Positions 30,815 to 43,864 of a stretch of DNA of 64,000 nucleotides are shown here, one piece after another. The position numbers were made by a program, and so were the translations under genes. The stretch is from Bacteroidota bacterium (lineage in GTDB: Bacteria > Bacteroidota > Ignavibacteria > Ignavibacteriales > SURF-24). The stretch covers positions 6,538-70,537 of the forward strand of contig JAUZPB010000010.1 in assembly GCA_030706145.1 (NCBI GenBank), written 5' to 3'. How positions within the stretch are numbered: position 1 is the first letter of the stretch; the number at the start of each line of letters is the position of its first letter. The notes under the pieces were generated by a model that made no database searches, was not told where the DNA came from, and worked only from the letters and a program-made list of their open reading frames with translations.

Positions 30815-31708
30815 TTATTTTCCTCTCGGGTGAAAATCTCGGTGAACTTGTTTAATAAACTCTCTATCGATATGCGTATAAATCTGTGTAGTAGAAATGT
30901 CAGAATGTCCAAGCATTTCCTGAACTGAACGCAAGTCAGCTCCTCCTTCAAGCAGGTGCGTAGCAAAGGAATGCCTGAATGTATGAGGGTGGACAGCTTT
31001 CATAATCTCAGCATCTTTTGCATATTTATCGACAATTTTCCAAACTCCCATACGTGAGAGCATAGTACCTCTAGTACTCAAGAAAAGAATATTTTGACTC
31101 TTGCCTTTTTTTTCAAGCAATGGGCGCCCTTCCTTTAAGTATCTAAGTATCCATTCAATTGCACTTTCACCAATTGGAATGACCCTTTCTTTTGACCCTT
31201 TACCCAGTACACGTATTATTTCTTCATTTAGGAAAATGTCATTCATTTTAAGTCCAATGGCTTCGGAGACACGAAGTCCGGATGAATACATAGTTTCCAG
31301 CATAGCTTTATCTCTTAAGCCTAAGGGATTTGAAGTATCGGGAGCATCAAGAAGTCTTTCCATTTCATTGAATGTCATCACCTCAGGAAGCTTTCTTGAG
31401 AGCCGTGGTGAAGACAAGCGTTCGGTAGGGTTTTTCTGGATATAATCATTTTTCTTCAGATAGCCAAAGAATCCCTTAAAGGAAGACAAATATCTTGCAG
31501 AGGTTGAGGCAGAGACCCCAAGATCCATAAGTTCAATAAAGAAATCATTAAGAAGCTTATAGTCAATTTCATTCTCATCAGAAATATTCTTTTCCTGAGC
31601 AAAGCGGAGAAGGTTCTCTAAATCAGTTCTATAAGAAACGACAGTATTTTCAGAGAGGTTTTTTTCAAGCTTCAGAACAGCGAGGTAATCATTAAGAAGA
31701 GCTTTCAA
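30815..31708 (-). CDS. xerD: Site-specific tyrosine recombinase XerD
   Basis: SGLRVSE, GKGSKER, HTFRHSFATHLLEGGADLRSVQEMLGH, TTQIYTH, HPR. Confidence 0.93.
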   Translation of the reverse strand: MKALLNDYLAVLKLEKNLSENTVVSYRTDLENLLRFAQEKNISDENEIDYKLLNDFFIELMDLGVSASTSARYLSSFKGFFGYLKKNDYIQKNPTERLSSPRLSRKLPEVMTFNEMERLLDAPDTSNPLGLRDKAMLETMYSSGLRVSEAIGLKMNDIFLNEEIIRVLGKGSKERVIPIGESAIEWILRYLKEGRPLLEKKGKSQNILFLSTRGTMLSRMGVWKIVDKYAKDAEIMKAVHPHTFRHSFATHLLEGGADLRSVQEMLGHSDISTTQIYTHIDREFIKQVHRDFHPRGK

Positions 31709-31710
31709 TA

Positions 31711-33906
31711 TCAGCCCCCCTTAACATTTTCCATTTCATCCTGTTTAGGATAACGGATTCTTTTATGATGCTGACCAATAAGGATGCTCAAAAATGTTTC
31801 TTTGATCCTTTTGACGTCGCTAAGTGTAATAGGTGTCTCATCGAGCTGTCCATCTTCAACACGGTTTTTGACAAGCTTATTAATAACATTCTCAACTTTC
31901 TGCAGATCCGGATCCTGAATAGATCTGACAGTTGATTCACAGGCATCGGCTAACATCACAAGAGCCGTTTCCTTAGTATTAGGTTTTGGACCTTTATATC
32001 TGAAATCATTAATATCAACATTATCCTCTCCATAGAGGGTTTTAGCCTTCTCATAGAAAAATCCAACAACGAGGGTTCCATGATGCATAGGAATAAAATC
32101 AATTATTTCCTGAGGAAGGTTTGCTTCCTTAGCAAGAGAAATGCCATCGGTAACATGTCTCATTATGAGTTTAGTACTTTCAACCGGGTCAAGGTTTTCA
32201 TGCTTATTATCGTCGTTCAGCTGGTTTTCTACGAAGTTATAAGGAGCAACAGATTTACCAATATCATGATAATAGGCTCCAACTCTAGCAAGCAATGGAT
32301 TAGCGCCAATAGCTTCTGCGGCGCTTTCTACCAAAGCTCCAACGGTCATAGCATGAGTAAAAGTTCCAGGAGCATTTTTAGCAAGATCTTTAAGCAAAGG
32401 CCTATTAAAATCCGTCAATTCCAGAAGAGTTAAATCCGTAGTAATTCTGAAGGCTCTTTCGAAAAAAATTATCATTCCGAAAGTAAAGACAGGACTAATA
32501 AGAGCATTAGATGCAGCAAAAGCTAACTCTATAAATATCTTCTGAAATGTTTCAAATCTCTCCAACCCGAAAGCAAGTATGCTAGTACCATAGCCGATCA
32601 GTATATAAATAAAAGATCTAAAAATTTGTGCGCGGTTTTTAATGTCTCTTACAGTGTAAGCAGAAAGGGCGCCTGAAAAGATATTCATGGCCGCAAAAGA
32701 ATAATCATTACCTCTAAGGCCACCAACAATAAGTGATATTACAACTGTTCCATAGAATCCAACGCGCGAATCAAAAATGATAGTCAGAAGCATTGATGCG
32801 GCAGGGACAATTATTAGAAGGTGGACAGGAGAATTTACAGTAAGCTGATGAACTAGAAAAGTTATTAAGCATACGAAAACAATAATAATCGAAATAAGCA
32901 GTATTTTTATATTATCATGAAAGACTTTTTTCCTAAACAGGAAAAGATAAATAATGAAAAGTGTTATAAGTAAGAGTATATGTAAAAACTTACCCAAAAT
33001 CTGGGCATAGCTATTAATAAAGCCCATTTTCTCGGCTTTTGCCCTGCGGTATGAATCTATTTTTAATTTTGCATCAGAAGTAACTCTTTCATGCTTACCA
33101 ATTATCCGTTCATTTTCATTAACAATTCCAATATTAGGTGAGACCTTGTCCTCAGCAATTCTAATTTCCTGGTCAGTAAGGTCTTCTCTGTAGATCAGGT
33201 TAGGTTTTACAAAATGATTAACGTATTCAATAACGGCATTGTTAAGTTGCGGATCCTGACTTATTGTGCTAGCCTGGTTTGCAATAAAGTCCTGAACAAT
33301 TTTCATGTCCTGGAATTTACCTTTATACTCGATATTATCAAAATTACCCTGTCTTACAGCAATGCTATCACGTTTAATCTCATTATAGAGATAATTAAGA
33401 ATATCGCCTTTATAGACTTTTTTTAATATATCCTCAGCATTATTAAGGACATGTGTAAGAGTAAGAGAAGTAGGAGCGTAGTTGCTGCCTTCCAAAGCTC
33501 TAAGGCTTCTGAAGGCCTTAAGAGAAGAAGGGCTAAGGAATATCAAATCTGAGTTAATTTCCTGGCCTTGCAATTCCCGATCGATGATGTTTATCAGGAA
33601 TTGATTATATCTGGAAAGCGAATCCAGACTTTTGTAAAAAGCATTATCATTTTTCTGGAAAACAGGCAGGACACCTTCGGCAGCTCTATGTTTTTCCTGT
33701 TTGTAGATCTCGGGATTTTTGTAGATAGGGAAACTATTATTGGCAATCAGATCATCCTGAATCCAAATTGAACCAACTGTAACCTCAGATTCAATGGATT
33801 CGCCGCCTGGAAACATAGCAACAATGATCAGTATGGTAAGGAAAAGAATTAGGAACTTTATCCTATAGCTTTTCTTTAGAATAGCTTTTTTACTTTCGGA
33901 AGGCAT
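31711..33906 (-). CDS. 7TM-HDIG phosphohydrolase (PgpH-like)
   Basis: Large extracytoplasmic domain, 7 TM helices, APGTFTH, YYHDIGK, HHGT, YKGPKP, LADACE. Confidence 0.9.
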   Translation of the reverse strand: MPSESKKAILKKSYRIKFLILFLTILIIVAMFPGGESIESEVTVGSIWIQDDLIANNSFPIYKNPEIYKQEKHRAAEGVLPVFQKNDNAFYKSLDSLSRYNQFLINIIDRELQGQEINSDLIFLSPSSLKAFRSLRALEGSNYAPTSLTLTHVLNNAEDILKKVYKGDILNYLYNEIKRDSIAVRQGNFDNIEYKGKFQDMKIVQDFIANQASTISQDPQLNNAVIEYVNHFVKPNLIYREDLTDQEIRIAEDKVSPNIGIVNENERIIGKHERVTSDAKLKIDSYRRAKAEKMGFINSYAQILGKFLHILLLITLFIIYLFLFRKKVFHDNIKILLISIIIVFVCLITFLVHQLTVNSPVHLLIIVPAASMLLTIIFDSRVGFYGTVVISLIVGGLRGNDYSFAAMNIFSGALSAYTVRDIKNRAQIFRSFIYILIGYGTSILAFGLERFETFQKIFIELAFAASNALISPVFTFGMIIFFERAFRITTDLTLLELTDFNRPLLKDLAKNAPGTFTHAMTVGALVESAAEAIGANPLLARVGAYYHDIGKSVAPYNFVENQLNDDNKHENLDPVESTKLIMRHVTDGISLAKEANLPQEIIDFIPMHHGTLVVGFFYEKAKTLYGEDNVDINDFRYKGPKPNTKETALVMLADACESTVRSIQDPDLQKVENVINKLVKNRVEDGQLDETPITLSDVKRIKETFLSILIGQHHKRIRYPKQDEMENVKGG

Positions 33907-34756
33907 TTTTGTCCTTTTTAGCTTTTAAGACCATCTCCAAAAACTCAGCGACTCCATCCTCATTATTTGTTCTTTTTGTAACATAATTAGCCATTCTTTG
34001 TATTTCCATAACCGCATTAGCTACTGCAATCTTCAAAGCCCCAGTTTCAAAAAGTGATCTGTCGTTATACCAGTCACCTATTACAGCTGTATTGTCAATC
34101 TTTATTTTCAAGTATTTAATTAATCTTTCCAGTCCAGCTCCCTTAGAGACTCCTCCCTTTCTTATCTCAGAATAATAAATACCCTCATGGTAGTGAGACT
34201 TAAAAAACGAGGCATTAATCCCGAAACTATAAGGGAAGCTCATTTTATCTTTCACATATTTAATGGAATCGTTCTGCTCACCAGCAACGACGATCTCTAA
34301 AACTCTTTTAGTCAGTCCATCATAAGATAGGACTTCTTTGAATTCAGCGCCAAATTTATCCAAAATATAAGGTATACCGGCATTAAATTCACTATAGTAA
34401 ATAGCCTCAACGCTGCAAAGGGCAATTTTAAGTAGATATTTATCTGCCAGTTTAATGGCTTTTTTTACATACCTTTCAGGGACAAATGATTCAAAGACAG
34501 TTTTGCTGCCAGAATTACTTTGGATCAACGCTCCGTCAAGTGTAACTAATGGAAGATGCAAATCAAGTATAGAAGCATATTCTGTAACGGCACTATGGAG
34601 CCTACCAGAGGCGAAAGAGAAGTTCACATCATAGTTACGAAGTTCTTTAACCAACTTCTGTGTCTCCTGCCCGATGTTTCCTTCATCGTTAAGGAGTGTA
34701 CCATCAAGATCAAATACAATTAGCTTTAATTTATTTAGACTTTCGTTACTCAACAT
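33890..34756 (-). CDS. Cof-type HAD hydrolase
   Basis: FDLDGTLL, ASGR, SKG, IGDWYND, NNEDGV. Confidence 0.92.
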   Translation of the reverse strand: MLSNESLNKLKLIVFDLDGTLLNDEGNIGQETQKLVKELRNYDVNFSFASGRLHSAVTEYASILDLHLPLVTLDGALIQSNSGSKTVFESFVPERYVKKAIKLADKYLLKIALCSVEAIYYSEFNAGIPYILDKFGAEFKEVLSYDGLTKRVLEIVVAGEQNDSIKYVKDKMSFPYSFGINASFFKSHYHEGIYYSEIRKGGVSKGAGLERLIKYLKIKIDNTAVIGDWYNDRSLFETGALKIAVANAVMEIQRMANYVTKRTNNEDGVAEFLEMVLKAKKDKNAFRK

Positions 34757-34781
34757 ATATAGAACAATATTTTAGTTAAAA

Positions 34782-34818
34782 CAAAAAAACGATACCAGGG
34801 GAAATAGCCTGGTATCGT
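34782..34818 (-). terminator. Intrinsic terminator after the SSS transporter
   Basis: ACGATACCAGG/CCTGGTATCGT 11-bp stem with a T-run on the minus strand. Confidence 0.85.
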
Positions 34819-34862
34819 AAAAAACAATTAAAAAGGTAATATACTAAGATAAGAAAATTTCT

Positions 34863-36380
34863 TTAATTTGTCTGTTTCCCATCCAGTACCATTTTTTGCG
34901 GATCCAGGCCATTATTTTCCTGATTTACTGCAGGAACGTTTTCATCCTTTGAGGATAAATTACTTAAGACAATGCCAATAATCAAAGTAGTGGCAACGCC
35001 AATTAGAGTATACCATGTCCAAGCTACTAATTTTAAGGAAATTACAGTAATCATGACAAAAATGCCAGAGGTAAAGCTTGCAAGGGCATCTTCCTGAGTA
35101 GCTTTTTTTACGAGCAGTCCTAATAAAAACGTACCAAGTAAGCCGCCATAAGTAAATGACGAAATACTCAAGGCCAATTCAACAACGGCCTTTGGAGAAG
35201 TCATGAAGAACATGGCTGAACAAATTAAAAGTATAGTCCAAATAACGGTAACCATTCTGGAGATAGCAAGTTCTTTACTATCGCTAAAATTCTTTCTTTT
35301 GAAATACCCCTTAAATAAATCAAGCATAGTAGAAGAAGATAGTGCGCTTATTGATCCAGCCAAAGTCGACATAGCAGCCGAGAATAAGCCAGCTATTATT
35401 ATTCCAGAAATACCTACTGGCAATTGCTCAAGAATAAATTTCGGGAATATTTCATCTGATTTTAAATTAAGAGGTCCATAGAAAGCAAAAAGAGCAAGTC
35501 CAACGAGCAAGAAAATCACAAATTGAACATTTACAATAATACCGCTTCCAATAATAGCTTTACGCCCGCCCTTAAGGTTTTTAGCAGTAAGCAATCGCTG
35601 CACAATAAGCTGATCTGTACCGTGCGATGCCATAGAAAGGAAAGCGCCTCCCAGAATGCCGCTTATAAGCGTATAGGGATTACTAAAGAATCCAGAAAGT
35701 CCTTTATCGAAACCAAAGTTAATAACATTTAATTTATTTAGCGGGTCAGCTTTCATTACCAGAGTAGTCCACCCCTGAGGCAACAGATGCAGCAAGAAGA
35801 AGAAAGCAATAGTTGCTCCACCCAAATAAATAAACATTTGAATTACTTCAACCCAGATTACACCTTTAACACCTCCAGTATAAGTATAAACTAAAGTAAC
35901 ACAAGCAATAATAGCAATAGCTACAGGATCGCTTATATGGAGCATAAGTTTCAAAGGGATAGCTGTTGCATAGAGTCTAACTCCATCGGCAGCAGTTCTG
36001 GTAAATAGAAAAACTATTGATGCAAATGAGCGAGTCTTATTGCCGAATCTTTTTTCCAAAAATGCGTAAGCAGTAGTCAGTTCTCCCTTATAATATTGAG
36101 GCAAAAGAATATAAGCAACAATTATTCTGCCCAATAAGTAGCCTAAGGTCACCTGTAAAAAATTAAGATTAGTCAGATATGCAAGACCGGGGATTGAGAT
36201 AAAAGTAAGAGTGCTAGTTTCAGCGGCAACGATTGAAAAGCAAATAGCCCACCAAGGCACCGCTTTTGCCCCTAGAAAATAGTCTTTAGCAGATTTTTGT
36301 TTACCACCCGAAATAACGCCAAATATTGCTATAAAGATCAGGTAGAGCACAATAATTACATAATCAATTGTTCTGTCCAA
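34863..36380 (-). CDS. Sodium:solute symporter (SSS family)
   Basis: DYFLG, SIVAAETS, YTYTGGVKGVIW, DQLIVQR, AAMST. Confidence 0.92.
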   Translation of the reverse strand: MDRTIDYVIIVLYLIFIAIFGVISGGKQKSAKDYFLGAKAVPWWAICFSIVAAETSTLTFISIPGLAYLTNLNFLQVTLGYLLGRIIVAYILLPQYYKGELTTAYAFLEKRFGNKTRSFASIVFLFTRTAADGVRLYATAIPLKLMLHISDPVAIAIIACVTLVYTYTGGVKGVIWVEVIQMFIYLGGATIAFFFLLHLLPQGWTTLVMKADPLNKLNVINFGFDKGLSGFFSNPYTLISGILGGAFLSMASHGTDQLIVQRLLTAKNLKGGRKAIIGSGIIVNVQFVIFLLVGLALFAFYGPLNLKSDEIFPKFILEQLPVGISGIIIAGLFSAAMSTLAGSISALSSSTMLDLFKGYFKRKNFSDSKELAISRMVTVIWTILLICSAMFFMTSPKAVVELALSISSFTYGGLLGTFLLGLLVKKATQEDALASFTSGIFVMITVISLKLVAWTWYTLIGVATTLIIGIVLSNLSSKDENVPAVNQENNGLDPQKMVLDGKQTN

Positions 36381-36389
36381 TTTTCTTCC

Positions 36390-36740
36390 TTATATGTTTT
36401 CTAGTTCTTTAATTGCATCTTCAACGCTATTGCAGATAGGAAGAACCCTATCGAGCTGAGAGATATGTATCAATGTTTTAACATTTTTTGACGGGGAGGC
36501 AATCCTGATGTGGCCTTGATTCCCACTAAGTATCCTGTAGGCTAAAAGCAGAGCGCTCAGACCTGAACTATCGCAGGCTTCAACCTCTGACAAATCAACA
36601 ATAAGTTTATTGATTTCCTCGGCATGAAGGAGAATAGTAAATTCGCCTTTAACCATTCCAGAAAGAGATGAATTAAGCCGTTTTTCGTTTAATTTGAATA
36701 CGGAGATATCTCCAATTCTTTTTACTTCAAAGTCCATCAT
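36390..36740 (-). CDS. STAS-domain anti-sigma factor antagonist
   Basis: VDLSEVEACDSSGLSAL with the phosphorylatable Ser. Confidence 0.88.
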   Translation of the reverse strand: MMDFEVKRIGDISVFKLNEKRLNSSLSGMVKGEFTILLHAEEINKLIVDLSEVEACDSSGLSALLLAYRILSGNQGHIRIASPSKNVKTLIHISQLDRVLPICNSVEDAIKELENI

Positions 36741-36752
36741 TTTATTCTCTCT

Positions 36753-39309
<2,557 letters not shown>

Positions 39310-39345
39310 CTAGATTTTACCACCGCTGTCCTTATAATTAAGCCT

Positions 39346-40341
39346 CTAAGGAGTTGTTGTTTTTGAGGTTTCTGCTTTAGGTGTTGTAGTTTTAGGAGCC
39401 GCAGGTCTAGAAGCCCTGGAGTAAACAAGTCCGCTAGAATCTATTTTAGCAACCCTGACCTCACCAGTCTTTCCGTTAAGATTAAGAGGTGAATTGTTTA
39501 GCTGTAGCTCAACTGCACCTGAATTACCGACAATAAGTGTAAAATTCTTTTTAGCTTTTATGTACTTTTGTGAGTTAGCAGGCAGAACAAATTCAAAAGT
39601 CTTAGCATTATCATCAGCTGTAATCTTAACCCAGCTTTTTGCAGTAGATTTTACTAAAAGTGAGAGGCTATCGGGCCTCATTGAAGTATTTTGTCTATTA
39701 AGTGAATCTTTCTTTGCAGAATTTTGTCCTGAAGCCTTAGCAGTTGTATCTTCAAATCTCTGTGAGTTTTTATCCAGGTACTCCTCGTATGGCTTCTCGG
39801 TAATAATTTGAGTAGATGAACCTCTGAAGAAAATCAAATAGAGCAGTAATGCGACAATCAGAAGGACTCCTGCCAGGGCAATCCAGATAAGATTAGCTTT
39901 TGGGTTTTTAATTGTAATAGGCTCTTCCGGGTTGTCCTGATTAGTGGAATCATATGGTGAAATATATTCTTTTTTTCTTTCAGACCTAATAGGTTCAGGG
40001 CGCGGCTTTTCTTCTTTAATAGAAGGGCGCGGTTCAGAAATATGCCTGTCAGAGACATGTTTTTCAGAAGTGTGTTTTTCAGAACCATGCTTTTCATCGA
40101 AGTCTTTGCCTGATTTTGAGGCGTCAAATTTCTTCATTATCGTTGTTTCATCCAAACCAACTGCACTTGCGTATGATTTTACAAATGCCCTGAGGTAAAC
40201 ATCGGGTAAAACCTCAAAATTACCATTTTCAATGGCCTCAAGGAATTTAATATCAATACGAGTCTTTGCAAACAACTGTTGAAGAGTAATGTCTTTTTTT
40301 AGTCTGGCTTCCTTTAATTCCTCAGCCAACTTTTTTGTCAT
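39346..40341 (-). CDS. RodZ-like HTH membrane protein with C-terminal DUF4115-type domain
   Basis: HTH with LEAIENG...YLRAFVKSYA, one TM helix, SWVKI...GNSGAV. Confidence 0.85.
   Translation of the reverse strand: MTKKLAEELKEARLKKDITLQQLFAKTRIDIKFLEAIENGNFEVLPDVYLRAFVKSYASAVGLDETTIMKKFDASKSGKDFDEKHGSEKHTSEKHVSDRHISEPRPSIKEEKPRPEPIRSERKKEYISPYDSTNQDNPEEPITIKNPKANLIWIALAGVLLIVALLLYLIFFRGSSTQIITEKPYEEYLDKNSQRFEDTTAKASGQNSAKKDSLNRQNTSMRPDSLSLLVKSTAKSWVKITADDNAKTFEFVLPANSQKYIKAKKNFTLIVGNSGAVELQLNNSPLNLNGKTGEVRVAKIDSSGLVYSRASRPAAPKTTTPKAETSKTTTP
40033..40096. repeat. 15-bp in-frame degenerate tandem repeat in the RodZ-like linker
   Basis: TCAGA recurs at 40034, 40049, 40064, 40079; encodes EKHGS-EKHTS-EKHVS-DRHIS. 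Confidence 0.85.
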
Positions 40342-40485
40342 AGCGCAGCCTACCTTTGTGTAGAATATCTCAATAAAATATAAAAAACAACACTTTATAT
40401 ATAAATATTTAAGCTATAAATGGCAACTTTCTTCCCAAGTAATATTAAACCAGCAAGTCCTCTTTTCAGAAGGAAAGGAGAAAAA

Positions 40486-41862
40486 TTACTTAAGTAAGCC
40501 TATTTTATCCAGTTTACAAGAAAAGGCACCATCTATTTTATGAACAAATGGTAATGACTGCAGAAAGTAGCCATTACTATCTCTTAGCACTTCAGGGAAA
40601 CAATTAACCGATTCGGATATCTTAAAGCAAGGATTTCTTTTCAGGAAATCCTGTACGATTTCGAAATTTTCTTCAGGCTCAATAGTACAGGTGCTATAGA
40701 CCACTGATCCCCCTGTTTTAACTAAAGAGGCAGCTTTTTCGAGCAATTCAGACTGAAGAGCATTTAGCTTTCTAAGGTCCTGGAGTTCACGTTTCCATTT
40801 TATGTCAGGTTTTTTAGAAAGCGTACCAAGTCCAGAACAAGGAGCATCAAGCAATACACGGTCAAACTGTCCGTCGTTAAAGCTCAAGGCATCGGCTTCA
40901 ATGGTAATAACATTCTTTACTGCAAGACGTTCCATATTTCTAAGAAGGACTTTAAGACGGCTTTCGTATTTATCAAGAGCGATAATTTCGCCTTCGTTAT
41001 TCATTAGATTAGCAAGATAAGCCGTTTTTCCTCCTGGAGCAGCGCAAAGGTCCAGGACTCTCATGCCTGGTTTTACGTCAAGTAAACGGCAAGCCAGACC
41101 AGTGCTTTCATCCTGAATATTAAAATAGCCTTTTGAAAAATACTCCCAATCAGTAATATTTGATGTACTTTTCAGTTGCAAAAATTCGGGAATAAATTTT
41201 CCCTCACTATATTGAATGCCACTACCATCCAGCAGAGATTTCATCTGTTCAATGCTAGTCTTTAATGTATTAACCCTTATAGTGAGTGAAGGGCGCTCGT
41301 TATTTGCCTGAAGCAAAGCCTCTGTAGCTTCGCGGCCAAATCTAGCTATCCATTTTTTGACCATCCAGGATGGATGAGAGTAAAAACTGCTAAAGTATTC
41401 GACCAAATCTTCATTAGGATCAGGATATCTAAGTGAATTCTTATTTCTAATTATGTTTCTAAGAATAGCATTTATTAGATCAGCAGTTCTCTGGCCCTGA
41501 ATTTTTTTTATGAATTCTACAGCTTCGTTTACGGCTGCATAGTCAGGTATCTTATTGAGGAAGAGGATCTGATAAAGTGCCACCCTGAGGGCATTTTTTA
41601 CATTTGGGACACACTTAGAGAATTGTCCTTTATAAAAACTGTTGAGTATCCAATCAATTCTCCCACTCCAACGAACTACTCCATGTACTAATTCAAAAAG
41701 CAGAGCTTTATCCTGAGCGCTTAGTTCAGAATTTCTAAGTTCATTTTCAAGAAGTTTATCCAGATAGGCATCTGTCCTATCAATTCTATTTAAAATCTTA
41801 ACTGCTGTTGCTCTTATACCGTTGTAAATGTTTTTACTAGCTAAATGTTGATCGTCTTTCAT
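40486..41862 (-). CDS. rsmB: 16S rRNA m5C967 methyltransferase RsmB/Sun
   Basis: NusB-like N-terminus, SHPSW, QD, DLCAAPGGKT, DAPCSG, YSTCT; start likely ATG 41862. Confidence 0.93.
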   Translation of the reverse strand: MKDDQHLASKNIYNGIRATAVKILNRIDRTDAYLDKLLENELRNSELSAQDKALLFELVHGVVRWSGRIDWILNSFYKGQFSKCVPNVKNALRVALYQILFLNKIPDYAAVNEAVEFIKKIQGQRTADLINAILRNIIRNKNSLRYPDPNEDLVEYFSSFYSHPSWMVKKWIARFGREATEALLQANNERPSLTIRVNTLKTSIEQMKSLLDGSGIQYSEGKFIPEFLQLKSTSNITDWEYFSKGYFNIQDESTGLACRLLDVKPGMRVLDLCAAPGGKTAYLANLMNNEGEIIALDKYESRLKVLLRNMERLAVKNVITIEADALSFNDGQFDRVLLDAPCSGLGTLSKKPDIKWKRELQDLRKLNALQSELLEKAASLVKTGGSVVYSTCTIEPEENFEIVQDFLKRNPCFKISESVNCFPEVLRDSNGYFLQSLPFVHKIDGAFSCKLDKIGLLK

Positions 41863-41931
41863 CTGTGAATTCTTACTTTTATAAATTACAGTTAACAAAA
41901 TACCACTTTATTTAGACAGAATTTCCAAAAA

Positions 41932-43191
41932 TTAATAAGGATAACCCCGTTTTCTTCTTTCTTTTGTTGTTAAATCAAAAATTTTCTTAAATAGTTTCTC
42001 ATCAGATTCAGTCATTACATAATCTCTTCTAAGCATTGCGCGTTTAGCAGTTTCAATACTTCTTAAGATATCATATGTAGTAACAGCTTCACTTCCTCCC
42101 CATGAAAAAGAGGGAATATATTTTGCTGGAAAACCAGGGCCAAAAATATTGCAAGAATAACCTACAATAGTGCCTGTATTAAACATTGTATTAATTGCTG
42201 TTTTTGTATGATCACCCATTATAACGCCCAGGAACTGAGAGCCGCTGTCGATTATTTCACCATTTACATAAACCCTAACGAAACCATAGTTATTCTTAAG
42301 GTCACTACAATTGGTATCTGCACCAAGGTTAACCCAACTACCAAGGTAAGCATGGCCAAGGAAACCGGAATGCTGCTTATTGGTAAAGGGCAGAATAATA
42401 CTATCTTCTATTTCACCCCCTATTTTGCAAACTTTACCAACACTCACATTATCATAAATTCTTGCACAGCTTTTCACCTGGCTACCCTCGCCAATATAGA
42501 CTGCATCTTCTAGTACAGAATTAGCGTTAATCGTAGCATTTTTATCAATATATATAGGTCCATTTGAAGCATCCAGTACGGCTCCAGGTTTTACTTCAGC
42601 ACCTGAATCGATAAAGATCTGGTCTTTTTCAATGATATGAGCACCTGGATGAATCTTTCCAAGAAGTCTTTCATCTTTATTTCTCATTAAGAACTGATAA
42701 TCACACTGGATCTGCTGGCGATTATTGTTGATTAGGTCCCATATATAATCAATATGTTTTATTTCTACTTGCTCAGTAGGAATTCCATCAAAGTCTGACA
42801 TGGAGAGCAAATCAAACAGGTTAGTTTTTAACTCCTTAAGCTTTTTACCGGAAACCCTTGCAGCAATAATTGTTTCCTTATTTAGATAGAGTTTATTTTC
42901 TTTACCAATAAGGGGAATCAAATTCATCATATCAGTAGGAGCTAAAATTCTTCCATTAACAAAAAGGCATTCATCATCTTCAATTTTGTTTACATCAATC
43001 GAGGGATTTTTAGACTTAACCAATGGTTCAAGATACTGTCTGCAATGAAGTGTATATCTTAGATCCGGATAAGCCCTTAGGATCTTAGCCCGAAGGGAGT
43101 TAATTCCACAGATAAGATCATAAGTTGGTCGAGAAAATATTAGTGGCTCCAGCCTGTCATAGTAGATATCCTCAAAAATGCACAGCTGCAT
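41932..43191 (-). CDS. GlmU-related sugar nucleotidyltransferase/hexapeptide-repeat protein (Bacteroidota/Chlorobi type)
   Basis: LEPLIFSRP, left-handed beta-helix repeats, NKQHSGFLGH, NLGADT, SDLKNNY, GDHTKT. Confidence 0.85.
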   Translation of the reverse strand: MQLCIFEDIYYDRLEPLIFSRPTYDLICGINSLRAKILRAYPDLRYTLHCRQYLEPLVKSKNPSIDVNKIEDDECLFVNGRILAPTDMMNLIPLIGKENKLYLNKETIIAARVSGKKLKELKTNLFDLLSMSDFDGIPTEQVEIKHIDYIWDLINNNRQQIQCDYQFLMRNKDERLLGKIHPGAHIIEKDQIFIDSGAEVKPGAVLDASNGPIYIDKNATINANSVLEDAVYIGEGSQVKSCARIYDNVSVGKVCKIGGEIEDSIILPFTNKQHSGFLGHAYLGSWVNLGADTNCSDLKNNYGFVRVYVNGEIIDSGSQFLGVIMGDHTKTAINTMFNTGTIVGYSCNIFGPGFPAKYIPSFSWGGSEAVTTYDILRSIETAKRAMLRRDYVMTESDEKLFKKIFDLTTKERRKRGYPY

Positions 43192-43432
43192 CTATCCCTC
43201 CTTAGAATTTTAACTTTAAGAAAATATAAGGAAAAAACTATATTATTAAAATATAATGCAAAATTAAGATTATCATAAAAGGAAGTCAGTGTATAAAGAT
43301 CAGTATATATAGGAATTGTTCTATACAAAAGCATAAACATAGAAAAGGGACAAGTGGGAATAGCAAAAGAAAAGGAATAAAAGTAACAAAGATGCCTAAA
43401 GGAGATGCTTTAAAGGCAGAGTGAGAGAAAAA

Positions 43433-43463
43433 TTAAAGGGAAAAAGAAACTTTTTCCCTTTAA
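43433..43463. terminator. Perfect hairpin after rpmE, probable terminator
   Basis: TTAAAGGGAAAAAG-AAA-CTTTTTCCCTTTAA, 14-bp stem. Confidence 0.8.
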
Positions 43464-43479
43464 GAAGTACTTAAAAGAC

Positions 43480-43689
43480 TTATTTTGCTATTGTTTTAGC
43501 ATATTTCTTATTGAACTTCTCAACTCTACCAGTTGAATCAATAAGTTTTTGCTTTCCGGTGAAAAACGGATGGCAGTTTGAGCATATTTCAAGCTTAATA
43601 TCGCCCTGAGTTGAACGGGTAGTAAAAGTATTCCCGCATACACAACTTACAGTAGCTTTCTTATATACTGGATGAATACCTGGTTTCAT
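43480..43689 (-). CDS. rpmE: 50S ribosomal protein L31, zinc-binding type
   Basis: MKPGIHP, CxC, [13 protein letters not shown], GRVEKF. Confidence 0.97.
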   Translation of the reverse strand: MKPGIHPVYKKATVSCVCGNTFTTRSTQGDIKLEICSNCHPFFTGKQKLIDSTGRVEKFNKKYAKTIAK

Positions 43690-43792
43690 TTTTTACCTAC
43701 GATTTTTTATTTTAGTTAGTAAATATAAGTAACTGGATCTTTAAATTCAATCCAATTGATAAATTATAAAATTGGGCCCATTTTTATCCCAT

Positions 43793-43823
43793 AAAAAAAA
43801 GCAGAGAGCTACAGCTTTAGCTT
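43793..43823 (-). terminator. Probable terminator after the sigma54 response regulator
   Basis: Minus strand AAGC-TAA-AGC-TGTA-GCT-CTCT-GCTT followed by a T-run. Confidence 0.5.
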
Positions 43824-43864
43824 AGGACAAACAGAAATTCTTCTTCAGCTTCTATTCTTCATTT

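Noticed and set aside
30815-31708. Tyrosine recombinase as a phage or island integrase
   Set aside because: Size and motifs match housekeeping XerD; it sits in a core operon with no att repeats, tRNA or phage genes
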